Assembly: GCA_050952625.1 (NCBI GenBank)
Contig: JBMNLH010000001.1
Location: forward strand, 1,536,001-1,600,000
Reading direction: 5' to 3'
From: Bacillota bacterium
Lineage (GTDB): Bacteria > Bacillota > Ch66 > Ch109
DNA: 64,000 nucleotides
Positions within the stretch are counted from its first letter, which is position 1. Every line of letters begins with the position of its first letter. Below are positions 58,251 to 64,000 of this stretch, in pieces. The position numbers were made by a program, and so were the translations under genes. The notes beneath the pieces were generated by a model. That model saw only the letters and a list, made by a program, of their open reading frames with translations. It ran no database searches and was not told the DNA's origin.

Positions 58251-58493
58251 GGAAGCTTACGCCCCGTTTATAACGTCAGTTGATAAGTTTAAAAGCTTCT
58301 CTCCTTTAACCCGCTCAATTGCTGAATTTAAGCATTAAGACCTAGCTTCTTTTAATGCCTCTACCGGGTTTAAAATAAAACCCGACCCGGAATAAAACCT
58401 TCCGGTCGGGTATCGCTTTAATCCGCGATGTTTTATCCGAGAGTCAAGTCACCATAAAATCTTTTACAGCAAGTCTTCTGGTGTCAAAACTTC

Positions 58494-59302
58494 TCACATC
58501 AGCAACTGCAGGCTTACCGCCATAATAATCATCCCGGCAATCAGACCGTAAATCGTTAGGTGATGCTCCCCGTATTCCCTGGCCGTTGGGAGCAATTCAT
58601 CGAAAGAGATATAAACCATGATTCCCGCTATTACCGCATACAATATCCCAAAAAGAGCATCGCTTAAGATAGGCATTATAATCAAATAAGCAATAACCGC
58701 ACCCAAAGGTTCTCCCAGCCCGGATATAATGCTCCAGCCTAACGCCTTCATTCTGCTTCCGGTGGCGCAATATACCGGAACTGCTACAGAAATGCCTTCC
58801 GGGATGTTATGGATGGCTACCGCGATTGCAACCGCAATTCCCAGCGAGGGGTCCTGAATGGCGGAGATAAAGGTTGCCATACCTTCTGGAAAGTTGTGGA
58901 TTGCAATGATTAATGCAGTAAAAACACCCACCCGGAAAAGTTTTCGGTCTCCTTTTAGTCCGCTGTAATCTAAGCTTTCACCTCCGCTGAATTCATGGGG
59001 ATTTTCTTGGACGGGGATAAGCTTATCGATAATAGCGATGAGAAAAATCCCCCCGAAAAATGCGGCCAGGCTGAGCCAGCTGCCCGTACTGGTCCCATAG
59101 TCGGCGACCAACTGTTTGTTTGATTCGGAAAGCAGCTCGACAAACGAAATATAAACCATCACCCCGGCCGAAAGTCCCAGGGAAACTGACAGGGCTTTTG
59201 GATTCGGTTTCTTAAAAACAGTACAATCAGTCCGCCAATCCCGGTTGATAATCCCGCAAAAATGGTCAGACCAAGCGCAATTAAAATACCCGTTGCACTC
59301 AA
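58494..59302 (-). CDS. zupT: ZIP-family zinc transporter ZupT, 1-nt deletion in a T-run near 59215
   Basis: LTIFAGLSTGIGG (other frame), SAGVMVYISFVE, IHNFPEG, IHNIPEG, SFDELLP. Confidence 0.88.
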
Positions 59303-59459
59303 TTTGTCCACCTTTTCTTTTTGCAATTCCACAAAATACAACTATAAGATGCCTGGATAAATGGTCTGTTATTTTTATCAAGACCGATTTCGGCTTCCAT
59401 GCACGATCCGTTTCATATATTAATCTTGTATTTAGTTTCAATATTAATCTATATTTAAA

Positions 59460-60137
59460 TTACCCAACTTTTGTAATGCCCCGAATGACAATAGGAATAA
59501 CCGCAACGACTAGTTTATAATGATTACCTCTAAATTCAGAACCTAGCCCAATCGTTAGATAAAAACTCCCCTTAAAAAGATAATCGCCAAATTCCCATAA
59601 TTCGGACCGTGGATCATTAAACTGTTCCTCCCACTCCGTATCCAGTCACAGCGAAATTGTAATTATTGCCATTATAAAAGAATTTTGCTCTTATTTGCCT
59701 GTAATTTCTCCACGTTTTCTGAAAAACTATGTCATCCTGCTGAATCAACACAATGGAATTAGCAATAGGATTTCTTTGGAGAGAAGCGACAGTTAAGCGA
59801 TCAGAATTATTCATAAATATTCTAGGATTGTTAGTACAGTAATTACCAAGTAATGTATTAGGTACTTCTCCTACCTTAATCCAGTACTCCTCGTCATCAA
59901 TTACCCAGTTTTCAGGTTGATAATACAATGGCTGTGCATGTAAAACGGGAACATCAATGATATCTAATAATTTTGGTTGTTCTTCATTTTTGAAAAGCAA
60001 TATCCTTTATAGTTAATTCCGCGCCTCCCATCTTTCACGAATCTCACCCATGTATTGTTTGCCCAATCAATACCTGCAACACACCGCTGACCATGTTTTC
60101 TTGAGTTAGCCAGACAAATGATTCTCTTGGTAGGCAA
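59460..60137 (-). CDS. Dual-OB-domain protein (DUF488-associated), three apparent +1 indels
   Basis: Reconstructed KRIICLANSRKHGQRCVAG...PKLLDIIDVP...YQPENW...YNFAVTD...LTIGLG..F.G.HYKLV (about 224 aa). Confidence 0.72.
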
Positions 60138-60194
60138 ACCAACCCCCCCTTATAACTCCCTTCTTTTAAATTAAGCTTCGAGTTAAGTCTTATG

Positions 60195-60629
60195 TTACAA
60201 ATGTTTAATTTCAAGATTATCTACCCGCTCAAGAAAGTATTCGGCTACCAATCGACGATGACATTGTTTTGGTTTATCTTCTGAGCATAGTAAACAAATC
60301 GAACTGGGTTTGTTGTCATCATAAATATTTTTCAGGGGCTCTCTCTGGGTTAAAAGATTCTTAAATTGTTTCTCGTAATCATTCCAGGTTATTTTTTTTT
60401 GTTTATATCCCTTCAAAATATCCTCAGTTGGCGCGAGATCAGGGCGGTGTTCATATGCGATGCCCACTAAATCCAAGATATACTCAAGATCTTGCTTTTT
60501 AGCATATCCGGCCAATTGTGAGGTGTTATTAAGACGTACATCTACTATCTTAGAAACCCCTGCTTTTTTTAACCTGGTTATGAATTCTCGGAGATTTTTC
60601 TTTGAAAAACCAATCGTATAAAGAGTCAC
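60195..60629 (-). CDS. DUF488 family protein
   Basis: LYTIGFS, VDVRLNNTSQLAGYAK, LAPT, CLLCSE...CHRRLVAE. Confidence 0.9.
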   Translation of the reverse strand: MTLYTIGFSKKNLREFITRLKKAGVSKIVDVRLNNTSQLAGYAKKQDLEYILDLVGIAYEHRPDLAPTEDILKGYKQKKITWNDYEKQFKNLLTQREPLKNIYDDNKPSSICLLCSEDKPKQCHRRLVAEYFLERVDNLEIKHL

Positions 60630-60640
60630 TAGTATTCCTC

Positions 60641-61096
60641 CTAAAAGAGTGTTAATTGTTCAACCTCTATATAGTCCCCAACTTTTCTAGCATTCACTTT
60701 AATGTATTCCTCGGTTACAATATCATGCTGTTTTAAAAAATCACCTACTAAACTTCGGTGACAGTATTTTCTTTCTTTGCAAAAACAGACCAGCGCGATG
60801 GTCTCTCCCCGTTCGACCCTGCTTTTGAGTCTACTAACGACTTTAAGTTTTTCCCTAGATCTTAACTCCCGGTTAAATATTTCCGCGTAGTAAGGCCACC
60901 ATTCTTCAGGCGGTTTATCCTTCCAATGATAAAGATACTGATGAAACAGGACAGGGCTCGGAGACAATTCTGGCACCCATATACTTCCAGGAATAGTATT
61001 GCTAGATCTGGTGATTTGCCAAACCTCATCACAGTTAATATATTTTAAAGAAGAAATAGACGCCGTAATCACCTGTCCTTTATAAATTGTATTCAT
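60641..61096 (-). CDS. DUF488-like protein (second subfamily)
   Basis: PELSPS..LF, ALVCFCKERKYCHRSLV. Confidence 0.78.
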   Translation of the reverse strand: MNTIYKGQVITASISSLKYINCDEVWQITRSSNTIPGSIWVPELSPSPVLFHQYLYHWKDKPPEEWWPYYAEIFNRELRSREKLKVVSRLKSRVERGETIALVCFCKERKYCHRSLVGDFLKQHDIVTEEYIKVNARKVGDYIEVEQLTLF

Positions 61097-61180
61097 AAAT
61101 ACATCTCCTCCTCTAAAACATATTTTACCAATAAATCAACTATTTTAATATAAAATACATGGATTTTGCATATTTCCACT

Positions 61181-61241
61181 AAAAGACCACACAATTTAAC
61201 CGACTGCTGCTGGTTGAGCAGCCGGAAAGCTGTGTGATCTT
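61181..61241 (+). repeat. 61-bp direct repeat of dbpA-fragment sequence 40313-40373
   Basis: 57 of 61 identical by manual alignment. Confidence 0.92.
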
Positions 61242-61273
61242 TTGGAGAGGGACAGATTTAATGTCCCCGGTCT

Positions 61274-62509
61274 CTATTGAGCAATACGTGCTCCTTCTTT
61301 GAGTCCAGCCAACCGGGTATTGCGGATGACCAGGTCTCCTTCGGTCAGTCCCGAGACTACCGCCACTTCATCATCTGTTTCTAGGCCTTTTTCCACCGGC
61401 TGAATCTCCGCTTTTCCCTGGCGGGCGACCCAGACCGCACTTTGGCCATCATAGTTGAACAAAGCTGTTTTCGGGACTACCAGTCTTCCCTCTTCCCGTT
61501 GCGTGATAAAAGTCACATCCATGGCGTAGCCGGGTCGCAGGCGGCTCACCTCGCCAGTCAAACCAACGGTTACTTTTACCCTTTGTTCCACCAACCCCAG
61601 GGTAGATATGCGTTCTTCCGCCGCCGCCGCAATTCTTTTGACGGTGCCGCTGAATTCCTCGTCACGACTCGAGCCTTTATAAGTCACTCGCACCTCCTGG
61701 CCAAGTTCGACATAAACGAGATCTTCCGGCAGCACAAAGACCTCCACCTCGTATTCACCGGGACGGAAAAGCGACAGCAGAGGCGTTCCAGGCATTACTA
61801 CCGCTCCTTCTTTCACGTGGACCGTGCCAACAGTGGCCTCGTCCGGTGCGGTGAGTTCGGCGTTTTCCTTTTGATATTCGAGCAAGTCAATCTGGGCGCG
61901 AATTGAAGCCTGAAGACCGGCAAACTGCTCTTTGGTGCCTTCCGGAGGGTCTTCAAGCAAAAGCTTTAACCCCTCCTCCTGTTGAGCCAGCAATAACTCC
62001 AGCTGCTTGACAGCCCTGGCCGCCTCATCCAGGGTAGCCTGACTGACCACCCCGGCCTCATAAAGGACTTCGGTCCGCTGATAGTCCTCTTGGGCGGCCT
62101 TTAACTGTTCCTGAGCCAATTCCAGGGCTAACTGCTGCTGGGCAACTTGGGTTTCCTTGGGTCCGCTGAAAGCCTGCTTCTCCTGACCCTGAATGCTGGC
62201 TAATTGGCCTTGAAACTGAGCGATTTGGTAGTCGATATCCCGCGTATCCAAGGCTAATAAAGGATCACCGGCAGCTACCGTGTCCCCTTCTTGTACATCG
62301 ATGGTTAATACTTTGCCACTGGTGATACTAAAAAAGTCTTTCTGCCAGCTAGCGGTTATGATCCCGGACTCAGTAAACTTTTTTTCGATGGTCCGCGGCT
62401 TTACCTCCAGCAGATCTGCCTGAATCGGCCGGGTAGCGGAGTAGACCGAAACCCCAACCAGGGCCACCACCACGACCCCCCAGAGCAGCCACTTGATCCG
62501 TTTCTTCAT
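61274..62509 (-). CDS. Efflux RND/ABC periplasmic adaptor subunit
   Basis: N-terminal TM, lipoyl-like VQEGDTVAAGDPL, coiled coil, LRPG, SGLTEGD; GGAGGG RBS. Confidence 0.9.
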   Translation of the reverse strand: MKKRIKWLLWGVVVVALVGVSVYSATRPIQADLLEVKPRTIEKKFTESGIITASWQKDFFSITSGKVLTIDVQEGDTVAAGDPLLALDTRDIDYQIAQFQGQLASIQGQEKQAFSGPKETQVAQQQLALELAQEQLKAAQEDYQRTEVLYEAGVVSQATLDEAARAVKQLELLLAQQEEGLKLLLEDPPEGTKEQFAGLQASIRAQIDLLEYQKENAELTAPDEATVGTVHVKEGAVVMPGTPLLSLFRPGEYEVEVFVLPEDLVYVELGQEVRVTYKGSSRDEEFSGTVKRIAAAAEERISTLGLVEQRVKVTVGLTGEVSRLRPGYAMDVTFITQREEGRLVVPKTALFNYDGQSAVWVARQGKAEIQPVEKGLETDDEVAVVSGLTEGDLVIRNTRLAGLKEGARIAQ

Positions 62510-62526
62510 TGCCAACACCCCTCCCT

Positions 62527-64000
62527 TTAATCTCTCTCCTTCAGTACTTCTACCATCGAAAGCTGCCGAATTTTCCGGGCAATAACCCAGTGCGTCAGCC
62601 AAATCGAAGCCACGGTCCCAACAGTCCCCATAATAAATGACTGTAGTTCAAAGACAACCGGAAAGCTGAAAAGGTCGCTGTCCGCCATGCCCGCCATGCC
62701 TTTGATAAAGAGCATCGTCATCGGTATCCCGGCCAACATCCCAAAGATACTGACAAACCATTGCTCAAAAGCCAACACCTGCAGGACTTCACCCGGGGTC
62801 ATGCCCATCACCCGCAAAGACGCCAGTTCTCGCTTTCTTTCGGACAGGGACACGATGCCCGAGTTATAGATCACCGCAAAACCGGTTAACATGCCAAACA
62901 AGGCCAATACCCACATGGTATAACCGTAAGAATCCATCATTTCATTAAATTTCTGCAGGGCCGCGCCCTTTTCCTCTACAGAAAACACCCCGGCTGCCTC
63001 CCGATAGTGCTCCTTCAGTTCGGGGAAGGCTCCCTCTTCCACCGCCAACAAGGCGGCGGTGCTGATGTTTCCCTGCTCAAGCAGGCGGCCCAAGGCACTG
63101 ATTTCCATATAGGCGTTAACCCCCAAGTACTGGGGGACAATGTCGACTACTTCGGTATAAACCGGTGAATCTTTAGCATACGGGCTCTCGATTTCTAGCC
63201 GTGAGCCCACCTTAGCCTGGAGATTTTCCGCTAGGGTCTGGGAAAGGATAATCCCTTCTGCAGGCAGAGGCACTTTTACCCCATCTTTAGTCAGGATATT
63301 GTACATTTCCGTATCCGGTTCCAGGCCCAGGATGACAGTCGATTTTTCGTGCCAGGTGTGATTGAGGGTCGCTGGTACTTCCAAATAAGCCTCAAACCGA
63401 GTCACCCCCGGCCAGTGCGCCAACTCGTGCCGGGCCTCTGGCCCACTAGTCGGGTTAGTGTAAACAACTTTCACATCATGGGTCTGCACCTTGGTAAACT
63501 GGTCAACCATCAGCACATCAATTATTGATAGAAAATAGCCGGTGGTTGAAATAAGGCTAAAAGCAAACATGACCCCGATCAAGGTAAACAAACTGCGGCT
63601 TAAATTACGAAACAGGTTGCGGGTCGCCATTTTACCCTGAACGGTTAGATTATTCCAGAATAAGCGCCAACCCTCGATCAAGGTTTGTTTGGCCTGGGGT
63701 GGGGCCGGTGGCCGCATCGCTTCAGCCGGCTGCAGCTTCAATACCCCTTTGCTGCCAAAATAGCCCGCCAGAGCCCCAAAACCAGTGGAAAACAAGGTCC
63801 CTAAAACAAGATAATAAATTGAAACCTGACCAGTTAGCCCCGGCAGGTTAAAAAATGTTTGATAAACCCCATCAAGGGATAAGACAGCCAGAATCCAAGC
63901 AGACTTCCGAGTATTCCGCCAACGGCTCCAATGATTAAGGCGTAGGAAAGATAGTGGAATAAGATGGTCCGGCTTGAATAGCCCAGGGCTTTGAGGACAC
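62527..64000 (-). CDS. FtsX-like ABC transporter permease (5' end outside window; 1-nt deletion near 63868)
   Basis: VLKALGYS, LQPAEAMRP, RNLFRN, ERKRELASLRVMG. Confidence 0.88.
   Translation of the reverse strand, partial: CPQSPGLFKPDHLIPLSFLRLNHWSRWRNTRKSAWILAVLSLDGVYQTFFNLPGLTGQVSIYYLVLGTLFSTGFGALAGYFGSKGVLKLQPAEAMRPPAPPQAKQTLIEGWRLFWNNLTVQGKMATRNLFRNLSRSLFTLIGVMFAFSLISTTGYFLSIIDVLMVDQFTKVQTHDVKVVYTNPTSGPEARHELAHWPGVTRFEAYLEVPATLNHTWHEKSTVILGLEPDTEMYNILTKDGVKVPLPAEGIILSQTLAENLQAKVGSRLEIESPYAKDSPVYTEVVDIVPQYLGVNAYMEISALGRLLEQGNISTAALLAVEEGAFPELKEHYREAAGVFSVEEKGAALQKFNEMMDSYGYTMWVLALFGMLTGFAVIYNSGIVSLSERKRELASLRVMGMTPGEVLQVLAFEQWFVSIFGMLAGIPMTMLFIKGMAGMADSDLFSFPVVFELQSFIMGTVGTVASIWLTHWVIARKIRQLSMVEVLKERD

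Noticed and set aside
58494-59441. 315-aa ORF with a long N-terminal extension on ZupT
   Set aside because: The true first TM helix is in another frame starting near 59302; the extension is a frameshift artefact. Over-long starts at 17908, 21064, 35603, 37064 and 62602 were likewise trimmed to RBS-supported starts.
45-63795. Many 60-170-aa ORFs antisense to or overlapping well-supported genes (e.g. 8111-8431, 34356-34856, 50045-50524, 53243-53749)
   Set aside because: Shadow frames with no RBS or recognisable motifs

Overview
64 kb from a spore-forming anaerobic Firmicute, probably Clostridia (inferred from SigI/RsgI, SLH proteins, spore-coat genes, sigmaH-type promoters and 2-oxoacid:ferredoxin oxidoreductase). 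Bases 1-36.9 kb look mostly like core genome: gdhA, sigI-rsgI-SLH, tRNA-Lys(CTT), asnS, glgP, a polyprenyl-synthase/terpene-synthase cluster, a nucleoside deaminase, a four-subunit oxidoreductase operon, a VmlR-like ABC-F with an attenuator and a TipA-like regulator. Bases ~37-61 kb are an accessory mosaic: an AT-rich ParM-like actin plus bactofilin pair, TA genes, a Tn554-like tyrosine-recombinase element, an IS608-like tnpA/tnpB element, many gene fragments, a fusion of a restriction-enzyme-type head domain to a nitrilase, and a DUF488/DUF488/dual-OB operon. A 61-bp dbpA-derived direct repeat brackets 40.3-61.2 kb. The best novelty candidates are the actin-bactofilin cassette, the head-domain-nitrilase fusion, a sigmaH-preceded cyclase-like plus MBL-hydrolase pair, and a long 5'/3'-UTR duplex enclosing a biotin-carrier gene. 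Caveat: at least nine genes carry single-base indels in short homopolymers, which suggests assembly error rather than real pseudogenes. No CRISPR array or rRNA was seen. All family assignments come from motif recognition by eye, not database searches.
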